A stretch of 64,000 nucleotides of DNA from an uncultured Candidatus Rokubacteria bacterium. Lineage in GTDB: Bacteria > Methylomirabilota > Methylomirabilia > Rokubacteriales > CSP1-6. Position 1 is the stretch's first letter; every line of letters begins with the position of its first letter. Below are positions 22,239 through 33,118 of this stretch, piece after piece. The stretch lies in NCBI GenBank assembly GCA_963789955.1, contig CAWBMV010000034.1, forward strand, positions 1,024,001-1,088,000. Direction: 5' to 3'. The notes beneath the pieces were generated by a model. That model had not been told where the DNA came from. It was given only the letters and a program-made list of their open reading frames with translations, and searched no databases. The position numbers and the translations under genes are program-made.

Positions 22239-24180
22239 TTGAAGGCAGTCTCGGACCACGACACGTTTCCCAAGCTCGTGCGCGAGAATGCGCGGCGCCT
22301 CGCCGACAAGGTCGCGATCCGCGAGAAAGATCTCGGCATCTGGCAGTCGTCCACGTGGTCCGAGTATTTCGAGCAGGCGCGCCTCATCGCGCTCGGCCTC
22401 GCCTCTCTCGGCTTCGCGCGCGGCGACCGCGTGGCGATCGTCGGCGACAACCGCCCGCAGCTCTACTGGGCGGTGATGGCGGCGCAGGCGCTCGGCGGCG
22501 TCCCCGTGCCGATCTATCAGGACTCCATCGAGCGCGAGATGGAGTACATCGTCGAGCACTCCGAGGCGCGGTTCGCGATCGTCGAGGATCAGGAGCAGGT
22601 CGACAAGCTCCTGGGTGTCCGGGCCCGCTGCCGTCACCTGCAGCACCTGGTCTACGACGATTCGCGCGGCCTGCGCGGCTACCGCGAGCCCGGGCTCATG
22701 AGCCTGGCCGAGCTGACCGAGCAGGCAAAGAAGTTCGACGCGACCCACCCCGGGCACTTCGACCTCGAGCTCGGCCGGGGCGCCGCCGACGACACCGCGA
22801 TCATCTGCTATACCTCCGGGACCACCGGCGCGCCGAAGGGCGCGATGCTCTCGCATCGGAACTTGATCGCGACCGCGCGCAACGCGGCGACGTTCGAGGG
22901 GCTACGCCAGGACGAAGAGGTGCTCTCGTATCTGCCGATGGCGTGGGTGGGCGACCACGTCTTTTCCTATGCGCAGGCGATCGTCACCGGGTTCACGATC
23001 AACTGTCCGGAGAGCGCGGCGACGGTGCTCGCCGATCTGAAAGAGATCGCCCCGACTTATTTCTTCGGGCCGCCGCGCATCTGGGAGAGCATCCTGACCG
23101 GCGTGATGGTGCGAGTCGAGGACGCCGCGCCGCTCGAAGCGCGCGCTGGTCCACTTCTTCCTGCGCCTGGCCCAGGACATCGAACGCAAGCGCCTGGGCC
23201 GTCAGCCGATCCCGCTCTGGCAGCGCCTGCTATACCCGTTGGGAAGCCTGCTCGTCTACGGGCCGCTCAAGGACAATCTCGGCTTCTCGCGCGTGCGTCG
23301 CGCCTACACCGCGGGCGAGGCGATCGGCCCGGAGATCTTCCTGTTCTTCCGCGGGCTCGGCGTCAATGTCAAGCAGCTCTACGGCATGACCGAGGCCAGT
23401 GTGTTCGTGACGATCCAGCGGGACGGCGACGTGCGGCTCGATACGGTGGGCACGCCGATCACCGACGTCGAGGTCCGGATCTCCGATGCCGGCGAGGTGC
23501 TGTTCCGCGGCCCCGGGGTGTTTCAGGGCTACGCCAAGAACCCGGAGGCCACCCAGCAAACGCTCGACGAGGGCTGGATCCACTCGGGCGACGCCGGCTT
23601 CCTCGATCGCGATGGCCATCTCGTGATCATCGATCGGGCCAAGGACGTGAGCCGCCTCGCGGACGGCACGATGTTCGCGCCCAAGTTCATCGAGAACAAG
23701 CTCAAATTCTCGCCCTACGTCCGCGAGGCGGTGTGCATCGGCCAGGCCCGCCCGTGCGTGACCGCGTTCATCAACATCGATCTGGCGGCCGTCGGCAGCT
23801 GGGCGGAGCGGCGGAACATCGCGTACACGAGCTATGGCGATCTCGCGCAGAAGCCGGAGGTGTACGAGCTGATCCGCCGAGAAGTCGAGCGCGTGAACGC
23901 GAGCCTGGCCGAGGACGACGTCTTGCGCGGGGCGCAGGTCAGGCGGTTCCTGATCCTCCACAAGGAGCTCGATCCGGACGACGAGGAGATCACGCGCACC
24001 CGCAAGGTGCGGCGCGGGTACATCGCGCAGAAGTACGCGGCGCTCATCGACGCGCTCTACTCGGGGCAGGATCGTGTGCAGGTCGAGGCGAAGGTGACCT
24101 ACGAGGACGGCCGCACCGGCACCATGCGGGCGGACGTGGTGATCCGCGACGTCGGGGCGCCCGTTCCGGTGGCGCGATGA
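22239..24180 (+). CDS. Long-chain acyl-CoA synthetase (AMP-forming) (frameshift near 23135)
   Basis: YTSGTTGAPKG, YGMTE, WIHSGDAG, IIDRAKD, ITRTRKVRR. Confidence 0.92.
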
Positions 24181-24962
24181 ACGAAACCGGCGGGCCGCTG
24201 CTCGAGGTCGAGGGTGTGAGCGTGCGGTTCGGCGCGCTGCTCGCGGTCCACCAGGTCGGCCTGAGCGTCCGGCGGCGGGAGATCGTGGCGATCATCGGAC
24301 CCAATGGCGCCGGCAAGACCACCTTGCTCAACGCCGTGAGCGGGTTCTATCACCCATACGAGGGGCGGATCGCCTTCGAGGGCCGCGATCGCACGCGCCT
24401 GTCACCGCCGGACGTGGCCGCCCTCGGCATCGCCCGCACGTTCCAGAACGTCGCCCTGTTCAAGGGCATGAGCGTGCTCGACAACATCATGACGGGCCGG
24501 CTCCTGAAGATGCGCGGAAGCTTCCTGATGGAGGCGCTCTACTGGGGCCCGGCCAAGCGCCAGGAGCTCGAGCACCGGGCCGTCGTCGAGCGGATCATCG
24601 ACTTCCTGGAGATCCAGGCGATTCGCAAGACGCCGGCGGGTCGCCTGCCGTACGGCCTGCAGAAGCGGGTCGAGCTCGCCCGGGCGCTGGCCGCCGAGCC
24701 CAAGCTCCTGCTGCTCGACGAGCCGATGGCCGGGATGAACGTCGAGGAGAAGGAAGACATGTGCCGCTTCATCCTCGACGTCAATCAGGAGTTCGGCACG
24801 ACGATCGCCCTCATCGAGCACGACATGGGCGTGGTCATGGACATCTCCGATCGCGTGGTGGTGCTCGATTACGGCCGCAAGATCGCCGACGGCCCGCCGG
24901 CGCAGGTGCGGAGCGACCAGGCGGTGCTCGACGCGTACCTGGGTGTCGCGCATGAATCTTGA
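24177..24962 (+). CDS. Liv-type ABC ATP-binding protein (LivG-like)
   Basis: GPNGAGKT, ARTFQN, LPYGLQKRVE, LLLDEP, IEHDM. Confidence 0.93.
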   Translation: MNETGGPLLEVEGVSVRFGALLAVHQVGLSVRRREIVAIIGPNGAGKTTLLNAVSGFYHPYEGRIAFEGRDRTRLSPPDVAALGIARTFQNVALFKGMSVLDNIMTGRLLKMRGSFLMEALYWGPAKRQELEHRAVVERIIDFLEIQAIRKTPAGRLPYGLQKRVELARALAAEPKLLLLDEPMAGMNVEEKEDMCRFILDVNQEFGTTIALIEHDMGVVMDISDRVVVLDYGRKIADGPPAQVRSDQAVLDAYLGVAHES

Positions 24963-24983
24963 TCGAAGGGGGCCTCGACCGCG

Positions 24984-25922
24984 ATGCTAGAGCTCCTGTA
25001 CGCGGTGGCGGTCGCGCCGTTCAAGGACATGGCGGGAGCGCCGGCGTTCCTCGTCGAGGTGCTGATCGGCGGGATCTTCGCCGGTCTCATGTACTCGCTG
25101 GTGGCGCTCGGCTTCGTGCTGATCTTCAAGGCGTCCGGAGTCTTCAACTTCGCGCAGGGCGTGATGGTGCTGTTCGCCGCGCTCACCCTGGTCGGGCTGC
25201 TGGAGCGCGGCGCGCCCGTGATCGTCGCGCTCGTGCTGACGACCGGCGTCATGGTGGCGCTGGCGTTCGCGATCGAGCGGCTCGTGCTGCGTCCGCTCGT
25301 CAACCAGGCGCACATCATCCTGTTCATGGCGACGATCGGCCTCAACTTCTTCCTCGAGGGCTTCGGCGAGATGTTGTGGGGAGCCAACGTCAAGAAGCTC
25401 GACATCGGGATCCCCGATCGCTCGTTCATCGTCCGCGGCGTGCAGATCAACCAGCTCGAGCTGACGGCGGCGATCACCGCCGCCGTGCTGGTCACCGTGC
25501 TCGCGCTGTTCTTCCAGCGGACCCGCATCGGCCGCGCGCTCCGCGCGGTCGCCGACGACCACGAGGCGGCGCTCTCGATCGGTGTCCCGCTCAAGACGAT
25601 CTGGATCGTGGTGTGGTCGGTGGCGGGTGTCGTGGCGATGGTCGCCGGGTTGATGTGGGGCGCCAAGAGCGGCGTGCAGTTCAGCCTCTCGCTCATCGCG
25701 CTCAAGGCGCTGCCCGTGCTCATCCTGGGCGGTTTCGAGTCCGTGCCGGGCGCGATCGTCGGCGGGCTCATCATCGGCGTCGGCGAGAAGCTCGGCGAAG
25801 TCTACTGGGGGCCCCTCGTGGGCGGCGCCATCGAGAACTGGTTCGCCTACGTGCTCGCCCTGGGCTTCTTGCTGGCGCGGCCGCAAGGATTGTTCGGCGA
25901 AAAGATCATCGAGCGCGTATGA
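24984..25922 (+). CDS. Liv-type ABC permease (LivH-like)
   Basis: YSLVALGFVLIFKASGVFNFAQG, GRALRAVADD, RPQGLFG. Confidence 0.93.
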   Translation: MLELLYAVAVAPFKDMAGAPAFLVEVLIGGIFAGLMYSLVALGFVLIFKASGVFNFAQGVMVLFAALTLVGLLERGAPVIVALVLTTGVMVALAFAIERLVLRPLVNQAHIILFMATIGLNFFLEGFGEMLWGANVKKLDIGIPDRSFIVRGVQINQLELTAAITAAVLVTVLALFFQRTRIGRALRAVADDHEAALSIGVPLKTIWIVVWSVAGVVAMVAGLMWGAKSGVQFSLSLIALKALPVLILGGFESVPGAIVGGLIIGVGEKLGEVYWGPLVGGAIENWFAYVLALGFLLARPQGLFGEKIIERV

Positions 25923-25958
25923 CACTCGTACTCGCTTTCCTGCTGGTTCAGCGCGTGA

Positions 25959-26042
25959 CGCCCCGGAGGGCGGGTGGGGTGTTGAGGTCAATCCTGACAA
26001 CACGGGTCGCCAGGGGCACCCCCACGCCCGCCCTCCGGGGCG
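25959..26042. repeat. GC-rich long imperfect hairpin in livH-livM intergenic region
   Basis: CGCCCCGGAGGGCGGGTGGGGTG ... CACCCCCACGCCCGCCCTCCGGGGCG, ~23-bp stem with bulges. Confidence 0.8.
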
Positions 26043-26114
26043 CGCTGGCGGTGATTCAGGCATGACAAGCGGGTTTTCAGGCGTCAGCGATGATTCACAC
26101 GGGGTGAGTCGGTC

Positions 26115-27191
26115 GTGATCTACAGGGAGGCGGGGCAGTTCAAGACCACGTATGGCGCCGATCAGGCCGTCTTCCCGATTCTGCAGGATCGCATCGTCGT
26201 CGCGGTGGCCGTGGTGGCCGCGTTCGTGGTGCCACCGCTCGTCGCGAGCGAGTACTGGCTGCAGGCGGTGCTGATCCCGTTCCTCGTCTACGCACTGGCC
26301 GCCATCGGGCTCAATCTCCTGACGGGCTACGCCGGGCAGCTCTCGCTCGGCACCGGCGGCTTCATGGCCGTCGGCGCCTACTCGGCGTTCAAGCTCGCGA
26401 CCGCGTTCCCGCACCTCAACATTATCGTCGTCTTCCTGCTCTCGGGCGTGGTCGCCGCGGGCGTCGGGCTCTTCTTCGGTATCCCCAGTCTCCGGATCAA
26501 GGGCTTCTACCTGGCGGTCGCCACCCTGGCCTCGCAGTTTTTCCTGATCTGGCTCTTCAACAAGGTCGCGTGGTTCACCAACTACGCTTCATCGGGCACC
26601 ATCACCGCGCCGGACCGGACCGTCTTCGGCGTCGTCGTGACCGGCCCGAACTCGGCGGCGTCGGCGCGATACCTCATGGCGCTCGGGCTGGTCGCGGTGT
26701 TCGCGGTCGTCGCCAAGAACCTGGTGCGGGGACGCGTCGGCCGCTCGTGGATGGCCATCCGCGACCGCGACATCGCCGCCGAGATCATCGGCGTGCGGCC
26801 GCTGCGCACGAAGCTCCTCGCCTTCGCCATCAGCTCGTTCTATTGCGGCGTGGCCGGCGCCGGGCTCGTATTCCTCTATCTCGGGACCGCCGAGACCCTG
26901 GCCTTCGACATCAGCATCTCGTTCCTGGTGCTCTTCATGGTGATCATCGGCGGTCTCGGCAGCATCCTGGGCTCGTTCCTCGGCGCGGCGTTCATCGTCC
27001 TGGTCCCGATCGTCCTCAGCAACGCGCCTCACGCCGTCGGGCTCCAGCTTCCAGTGGCGCTCCAGAAACAGATCGAGCTGATGGTGTTCGGCGGACTGAT
27101 CATCCTCTTCCTGATCGTCGAGCCGCGCGGACTGGCGCGGCTGTGGCAGATCTCGAAAGAGAAGCTGCGACTCTGGCCGTTTCCCCACTGA
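26115..27191 (+). CDS. Liv-type ABC permease (LivM-like)
   Basis: GLNLLTGYAGQLSLG, PSLRIKGFYLAVATLA, AIRDRDIAA, IIGGLGS. Confidence 0.93.
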   Translation: MIYREAGQFKTTYGADQAVFPILQDRIVVAVAVVAAFVVPPLVASEYWLQAVLIPFLVYALAAIGLNLLTGYAGQLSLGTGGFMAVGAYSAFKLATAFPHLNIIVVFLLSGVVAAGVGLFFGIPSLRIKGFYLAVATLASQFFLIWLFNKVAWFTNYASSGTITAPDRTVFGVVVTGPNSAASARYLMALGLVAVFAVVAKNLVRGRVGRSWMAIRDRDIAAEIIGVRPLRTKLLAFAISSFYCGVAGAGLVFLYLGTAETLAFDISISFLVLFMVIIGGLGSILGSFLGAAFIVLVPIVLSNAPHAVGLQLPVALQKQIELMVFGGLIILFLIVEPRGLARLWQISKEKLRLWPFPH

Positions 27192-27213
27192 ACGTGGTCG
27201 AAAGGAGAATGTC

Positions 27214-28527
27214 ATGAGGATACGAGGGTTCTGGATCGCGCTGCTGACCGCGCTGGTGATCTCGACGCCGCTGCTGGCCGCGGCCCAATCGAAGGAGATC
27301 TTCATCCCGCTCCTGGTCTATCGGACGGGCCCGTACGCGCCGAGTGGCGTCCCGATCGCCGACGGCTTCGTCGACTACTTCAGGCTCCTGAACGAGCGCG
27401 ACGGCGGTATCAACGGCGTCAAGATCGCATGGGAGGAATGCGAGACGCAGTACGACACCAAACAGGGAGTCGAGTGCTACGAGCGGCTGAAGGGCAAGAG
27501 CCCGGTGCTCGTGAATCCGTACAGCACCGCGATCACCTATTCGCTGATCCCCAAGGCACCGGTCGACAAGATCGTGGTGTTCTCGATGGGCTACGGCATG
27601 AGCGCCGCCTCCGACGGACGGTGGTTCCCCTGGGTGTTCAACTTTCCGACCAACTACTGGAGCCAGGCTTCGGCCGTCATCCGCTACATCGGCCAGCAGG
27701 AGGGCGGGCTCGAGAAGCTGAAGGGCAAGAAGATCGCCCACATCTTCCACAACAGTGCCTACGGCAAGGAGGCCAACCCGACCCTCGAGGAGCTCTCCAA
27801 GAAGTACCAGTTCGAGCTCTCGCTGCTGGCGGTCGACCACCCGGGCCAGGAGCAGAAGGCGACGTGGCTCCAGGTGCGACGGCTGAATCCGGACTGGATC
27901 TTCATGTCCGGCTGGGGCGTCATGAACCAGGTCGCCGTCAAGGAGGCCGCGTCGGTCGGCTTCAAGATGGACCATTTCATCGGTAACTGGTGGTCGGCGA
28001 ACGACTCGGACGTCGTCCCGGCCGGCGAGGGCGCCAACGGCTACAAGGGCGCCACGTTCCACGCCCCGGGCACCAACTTCAAGGTGCACGCGGACCTCCT
28101 CAAGTTCGTGTACGACAAGGGCAAGGGCTCCGGCAAGAAGGAAGACATGGGCGCCCCGCTCTACAACCGCGGGCTCGTCAACGCGATGTTGTCGGCCGAG
28201 GCCATTCGCACCGCGATGGCGAAGTACGGCAACAGGTCGCTCACCAGCGAGCAGGTGCGGTGGGGCTTCGAAAATCTCAACCTGACCGAGCAGCGGCTCG
28301 AGCAGGTCGGCATGAAGAGCTTCACGCACCCCATCAAGGTCAGCTGTGAGGACCACGAGGGGAGTGGCCCCATCCTGATCCAGCAATGGAATGGCAAGAA
28401 GTGGAACGTCGTCTCCGACTGGATCGCGCCGATGCGCGACGTGGTCCGGCCGAAGATCGAGGCGGCGGCCATCGAGGAGTCGAAGAAGCTCGGCTACACG
28501 ATGCGCGACTGCGCGAAGGAGAAGTAG
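27214..28527 (+). CDS. Liv-type ABC substrate-binding protein
   Basis: Signal peptide; YRTGPYAPSG, DGGINGVKI, ECETQYD, SCEDHEG. Confidence 0.92.
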   Translation: MRIRGFWIALLTALVISTPLLAAAQSKEIFIPLLVYRTGPYAPSGVPIADGFVDYFRLLNERDGGINGVKIAWEECETQYDTKQGVECYERLKGKSPVLVNPYSTAITYSLIPKAPVDKIVVFSMGYGMSAASDGRWFPWVFNFPTNYWSQASAVIRYIGQQEGGLEKLKGKKIAHIFHNSAYGKEANPTLEELSKKYQFELSLLAVDHPGQEQKATWLQVRRLNPDWIFMSGWGVMNQVAVKEAASVGFKMDHFIGNWWSANDSDVVPAGEGANGYKGATFHAPGTNFKVHADLLKFVYDKGKGSGKKEDMGAPLYNRGLVNAMLSAEAIRTAMAKYGNRSLTSEQVRWGFENLNLTEQRLEQVGMKSFTHPIKVSCEDHEGSGPILIQQWNGKKWNVVSDWIAPMRDVVRPKIEAAAIEESKKLGYTMRDCAKEK

Positions 28528-28536
28528 AGGCGCGCG

Positions 28537-29355
28537 GTGGCGAGCGAGACGCCGCGGCCGCTCCTGGCGGTGAGCAACATCGAGGTCATCTACGATCACG
28601 TGATCCTCGTGTTGAAGGGCGTGTCGCTCGCGGTCGCCGAGGGGGGCATCGTCGCCCTCCTCGGCGCCAACGGCGCGGGCAAGTCCACGACGCTCAAGGC
28701 CATCTCGGGACTTCTGCGCACGGAGCGCGGTGAGGTGACAAAGGGCACGATCGAGCTCGCGGGCAAGGCGATCCACCGGCAGGACCCGTCCGAGGTCGTG
28801 AAGCACGGCGTCGTGCAAATCATGGAAGGGCGGCACGTGTTCGAGCACCTGACGGTCGAGGACAATCTTTTGACCGGCGCCTATACGCGGCGCAACGGCC
28901 AGTCCACGCGCGGCGATCTCGAGCGCGTCTACCACTATTTCCCGCGGCTGACCGAGCGCCGCCTGTTCAAGGCGGGTTACGTCTCGGGCGGCGAGCAGCA
29001 GATGGTCGCCATCGGCCGCGCGTTGATGGCGCGACCGACGTTGATGCTCCTGGACGAGCCGTCGATGGGCCTCGCGCCGAAGCTCGTGACCGAAATCTAT
29101 GAGATTGTTACGCGGCTCAACCGCGAGGAGCGGGTCGCGGTGCTGTTGGCCGAGCAAAACGCGACCATGGCATTACAGGTTGCTCAACATGGCTATGTCA
29201 TGGAGAATGGCCGGATCGTACTGGACGGGGATGCCCGGACGATCAGCCAGAACGAGGACATCAAGGAGTTCTATCTGGGCCTGACGGGTGTTGGCCAGAG
29301 GAAGAGTTATCGGGACGTGAAGCACTACCGACGACGAAAGCGGTGGCTGTCATGA
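28537..29355 (+). CDS. Liv-type ABC ATP-binding protein (LivF-like)
   Basis: GANGAGKS, SGGEQQM, LLDEPSMGLAP, YRDVKHYRRRKRWL. Confidence 0.93.
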   Translation: MASETPRPLLAVSNIEVIYDHVILVLKGVSLAVAEGGIVALLGANGAGKSTTLKAISGLLRTERGEVTKGTIELAGKAIHRQDPSEVVKHGVVQIMEGRHVFEHLTVEDNLLTGAYTRRNGQSTRGDLERVYHYFPRLTERRLFKAGYVSGGEQQMVAIGRALMARPTLMLLDEPSMGLAPKLVTEIYEIVTRLNREERVAVLLAEQNATMALQVAQHGYVMENGRIVLDGDARTISQNEDIKEFYLGLTGVGQRKSYRDVKHYRRRKRWLS

Positions 29356-30146
29356 GCGCGCTTCTGGAGATCCGCGAAGCGTCCAAGGCGTTCGGCGGCG
29401 TCCAGGCCGTCAGCCGCGTCTCCCTCGAAGCCCAGAAGGGCGAGATTCTCTCGGTCATCGGGCCCAACGGCGCCGGCAAGACCACGGTCCTTAACATGAT
29501 CAGCGGCTTCTACCATCCCGACACCGGCCGGATCGTCCTCGAGGGGCGTGACGTGACCGAGTTGGCGCCGAGCAAGATCGCCGAGCTCGGCATCGCTCGA
29601 ACCTTCCAGAATATCGCGCTGTTCCGGGGCATGACCGTCCTCGACAACCTGCTTCTCGGCCGCCACGTCCACATGAAGACCGGGGTACTAGGAGCCTTCG
29701 CCTACTGGGGATTCGCCCAGAAGGAAGAGGTCGCCCACCGGCGGCGCGTCGAGGACATCATCGACTTCTTGCGAATCCAGGACTTGCGCCGCCGGCCGAC
29801 CGGCTCGCTGGCCTATGGTCTCCAGAAGCGCGTCGAGCTCGGCCGCGCGCTGGCGCTCGACCCGAAGATCCTGCTGCTCGACGAGCCGATGGGCGGATGC
29901 AATCACGAGGAGAAGGAGGACATGGCGCGCTTCATCCTCGACGTGAACGAGGAGTGGGGGGTCACCGTGATCCTGATCGAGCACGACATGGGCGTGGTCA
30001 TGGACATCTCCGACCGCGTCGCGGTGCTGGACATGGGCCAGAAGATCGCCGACGGCACGCCCGACGAGGTTCGGGCCAACCCGCGCGTCATCAAGGCGTA
30101 CCTCGGAGAGACCAAAGCCGACGCCCCGGGAGGTTCCCGTGGTTGA
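29352..30146 (+). CDS. Liv-type ABC ATP-binding protein (LivG-like), second module
   Basis: GPNGAGKT, ARTFQN, LAYGLQKRVE, LLLDEP. Confidence 0.93.
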   Translation: MSALLEIREASKAFGGVQAVSRVSLEAQKGEILSVIGPNGAGKTTVLNMISGFYHPDTGRIVLEGRDVTELAPSKIAELGIARTFQNIALFRGMTVLDNLLLGRHVHMKTGVLGAFAYWGFAQKEEVAHRRRVEDIIDFLRIQDLRRRPTGSLAYGLQKRVELGRALALDPKILLLDEPMGGCNHEEKEDMARFILDVNEEWGVTVILIEHDMGVVMDISDRVAVLDMGQKIADGTPDEVRANPRVIKAYLGETKADAPGGSRG

Positions 30147-32055
30147 AACCACGCTCGCCCGCCTGCTGCAGCGCAACGCACGTGACCTCCACGACAAGCC
30201 GGCGATCCGCGAGAAGGATCGCGGGATCTGGCAGACCTGGACGTGGCGTCAGTACCACGACGAGGTCCGTGATTTCGCCCTCGGCCTGGCCGCGCTCGGC
30301 TTCAAGCGCGGCGAACGGCTCTCGGTCATCGGCGACAACCGTCCGCGACTCTATTGGGCACAGGTCGCCGCGCAGACGCTCGGTGGAGTGCCGGTGCCGG
30401 TTTACCAAGACTCGATCGCGAAGGAGCTCGCGTTCGTCTGGAACCACGCCGAGTGCGCGGTGATCGTGGCCGAGGACCAGGAGCAGGTCGACAAGGTGCT
30501 CAGCCTCCGGGCCGAGCTCCCGGCGCTGCGTCTCGTCGTGTACGACGACGCGCGCGGAATGCTCCATTACAAGCACGACTGGCTCCGCTCCTATCAATCC
30601 GTCCAGGAGCTCGGGCGCGAGTTCGCCGCCAAGAACCCCGGCTATTTCGAAGTCGAGGTGGACAAGGGCAAGTCCGAGGACGTCGCCATCATCTGCTACA
30701 CGTCTGGCACCACCGGCAACCCGAAGGGCGTCATGCTGACGCACGCGAACGCCATCGCCATCGCGGACGCGTTCCGCAAGGCCGACGACGTCCGCCCCGA
30801 GGACGACGCGCTCGCGTACCTGCCGATGGCGTGGGCGGGCGACGCTGCCTACACCCTGTTCCTCAGCCTCGTGGTGGGCTTCTGCTCCAACTGCCCGGAG
30901 AGCCCGGAGACGGTCCAGCGTGACTTGCGCGAGCTGGGGCCGACGACCGTGCTGGCGCCGCCCCGCATCTGGGAAAACATGTTGACGAGCATCCAGGTGA
31001 AGGCCGCCGACGCGCCCGCGCTCAAACGGTGGGTCTTCGAGACCTTCCGGTCGGCCGCCGAGCGGGCGGAGATCCTTCGCGCCGACGCCAAGCCGATTCC
31101 GCTCGCCCTGCGCCTGGCGTGCATGCTCGGCAACGTGCTCGTGTACACGCCGATCCGCGATCAGCTCGGCCTGCGGCGCGCCAAGTGGGCGCTGACGGGT
31201 GGGGCACCACTCGGACCGGACACGTTCCGCTTCTTCCGGTCGATCGGCGTCAACCTCAAGCAGGTCTACGGCTCGACGGAGACGACGGGCCTGGTGTCGC
31301 TGCAGCCGAGCGACGAGGCCAACCCGACGACCGCCGGCCGGCCGTGTCCAGGCATCGAGGTCAAGATCGCCGAGCGCGGCGAGGTGCTGGTCCGCGGCCC
31401 TGTCGTCTTCAAGGGTTACCTGAAGAACGACGAGGCCACGCGCGAGGTCATCGATTCCGACGGCTGGTTCCGGACGGGGGACGCGGGGTTCGTGGACCCG
31501 CGCGGCCACCTCGTCATCATCGATCGGGCCAAGGACGTCGGCGCCCTCCACGACGGCACGCCCTTCGCGCCGCAGTTCATCGAGAACAAGCTGAAGTTCA
31601 GCCCGTTCATCCGCGAGGCGGTGGCCTTCGGCAACGACCGCGCATTCGTCACCGCGATGATCGCGATCGATCTGAACACCGTCGGGAACTGGGCCGAGCG
31701 CCGCGGGATCGCCTACACGAGCTACGCGGACCTCAGCCAGAAGCCCGAGGTGTCCGACCTGATCCGCGAGGAGATCGGCAAGGGCAATGAGACGCTGCCG
31801 GAGTCGACGCGGATCCGCCGATTCCTGCTCCTCACCAAGGACCTCGAGGCCGACGACGCCGAGATGACGCGCACGCGAAAGGTACGCCGACGTTTCGTGG
31901 CCGAGAAGTACGCCCCGGTCATCGACGCTTTCTACTCGGGCGGTCACGCGGTCGAGTTGGAGGCGACCATCACGTACGAGGACGGCCGTCAGGCCGTCAT
32001 GAAGTCGCGCGTGCGGGTCGAGGACGTCGACGCTGCGGCCGTGGCCCATGTCTGA
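30139..32055 (+). CDS. Long-chain acyl-CoA synthetase, second paralog
   Basis: YTSGTTGNPKG, YGSTE, WFRTGDAG, IIDRAKD, MTRTRKVRR. Confidence 0.93.
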   Translation: MVETTLARLLQRNARDLHDKPAIREKDRGIWQTWTWRQYHDEVRDFALGLAALGFKRGERLSVIGDNRPRLYWAQVAAQTLGGVPVPVYQDSIAKELAFVWNHAECAVIVAEDQEQVDKVLSLRAELPALRLVVYDDARGMLHYKHDWLRSYQSVQELGREFAAKNPGYFEVEVDKGKSEDVAIICYTSGTTGNPKGVMLTHANAIAIADAFRKADDVRPEDDALAYLPMAWAGDAAYTLFLSLVVGFCSNCPESPETVQRDLRELGPTTVLAPPRIWENMLTSIQVKAADAPALKRWVFETFRSAAERAEILRADAKPIPLALRLACMLGNVLVYTPIRDQLGLRRAKWALTGGAPLGPDTFRFFRSIGVNLKQVYGSTETTGLVSLQPSDEANPTTAGRPCPGIEVKIAERGEVLVRGPVVFKGYLKNDEATREVIDSDGWFRTGDAGFVDPRGHLVIIDRAKDVGALHDGTPFAPQFIENKLKFSPFIREAVAFGNDRAFVTAMIAIDLNTVGNWAERRGIAYTSYADLSQKPEVSDLIREEIGKGNETLPESTRIRRFLLLTKDLEADDAEMTRTRKVRRRFVAEKYAPVIDAFYSGGHAVELEATITYEDGRQAVMKSRVRVEDVDAAAVAHV

Positions 32056-32944
32056 CGACTTCGGATTCTTCTTGCTCCTGGTGTCGAACGGGCTCCTGAC
32101 CGGCCTGATGTACTCGCTGATCGCGCTCGGGTTCGTGCTGGTCTACAAGGCCACCGACGCCATCAACTTCGCCCAGGGCGAATTCGTGATGATCGCGGGC
32201 TTCGTGGCGGCCGGTGGCCTCATGGTCTGGGGGGCGCCTCTCTGGCTGGCCATCGCGATGGCGATCGCGAGCCTGGTCTTGTTCGGCTTCGTCCTCGAGC
32301 GCGTGATGCTGCGCAAGCTCATCGGCCGGCCGGTCATCGCCGTGGTCATGGCCACGATCGGCCTGGCGTCGATTCTGCGCGGCATCGGGCCTTTCACCAT
32401 CTTCTCCGGGAGCCAGCCGCTGCCGCTGCCCATCCGCGACGAGCCGTTCGTGCTGGGCCCGCTCTTCATCCCCCCGATCCAGTTGCTGGGGGCCGCGGTC
32501 AGCCTGGCGTTCCTCACCGGGTTCGGCTGGTTCTTCCTGAAGTCGCGCAAGGGCATTGCGATGCGGGCCGTCGCCGACAACCAGCAGGTCGCCATGGCAA
32601 TGGGTATCGACGTCGAGCGCTACTTCGGGGTGGCGTGGGCCATGACGGGCATCGTCTCGGCCCTCGGTGGGATCCTCTGGGGCAATCTGCTCGGTGTGGA
32701 CGTGAACCTGGCGCTTGTCGGGTTCAAGGTGTTTCCAGTCGTTATCCTTGGCGGTCTCGATTCCATTCCCGGTGCGATCCTCGGAGGCCTGATCGTGGGT
32801 GTCGTCGAGAACATCGCGGCTGGCTACGTCGATCCCTACGTCGGGGGCGGCACCAAGGACTTCGCGCCCTACGTCCTCATGATTCTCGCGCTGATGATTC
32901 GCCCCTACGGCATGTTCGGCAAACGCATCATCGAGCGAGTCTAA
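32048..32944 (+). CDS. Liv-type ABC permease (LivH-like), second module
   Basis: YSLIALGFVLVYKATDAINFAQG, AMRAVADN, RPYGMFG. Confidence 0.93.
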   Translation: MSDDFGFFLLLVSNGLLTGLMYSLIALGFVLVYKATDAINFAQGEFVMIAGFVAAGGLMVWGAPLWLAIAMAIASLVLFGFVLERVMLRKLIGRPVIAVVMATIGLASILRGIGPFTIFSGSQPLPLPIRDEPFVLGPLFIPPIQLLGAAVSLAFLTGFGWFFLKSRKGIAMRAVADNQQVAMAMGIDVERYFGVAWAMTGIVSALGGILWGNLLGVDVNLALVGFKVFPVVILGGLDSIPGAILGGLIVGVVENIAAGYVDPYVGGGTKDFAPYVLMILALMIRPYGMFGKRIIERV

Positions 32945-32950
32945 TGGTCT

Positions 32951-33118
32951 GGCTTGGGGCGGCGGGGGGAGGCGGGGGGAGGGGTGCTGGGACCACGCGG
33001 CACGCGTTCGGGATTCCCGGGGCGGCTGGGCTCCATCTGGGCGCGCCACTCCCGCATTCGACTTGGAGGGAACGGGTCCCAGCACCCCTCCCCCCGCCTC
33101 CCCCCGCCGCCCCAAGCC
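32951..33118 (+). repeat. Long-stem hairpin element, copy A (44-bp perfect inverted repeat around 80-nt core)
   Basis: 32951-32994 is the exact reverse complement of 33075-33118. Confidence 0.95.

Noticed and set aside
22239..24962. 907-aa ligase-ABC ATPase fusion ORF
   Set aside because: A frameshift artifact: the ligase ends at 24180 in another frame and the ATPase has its own ATG at 24177.
27100..32049. Long antisense ORFs (e.g. 27100-29157, 30091-32049, also 7731-9518)
   Set aside because: Shadow frames of high-GC coding genes with no recognisable motifs.
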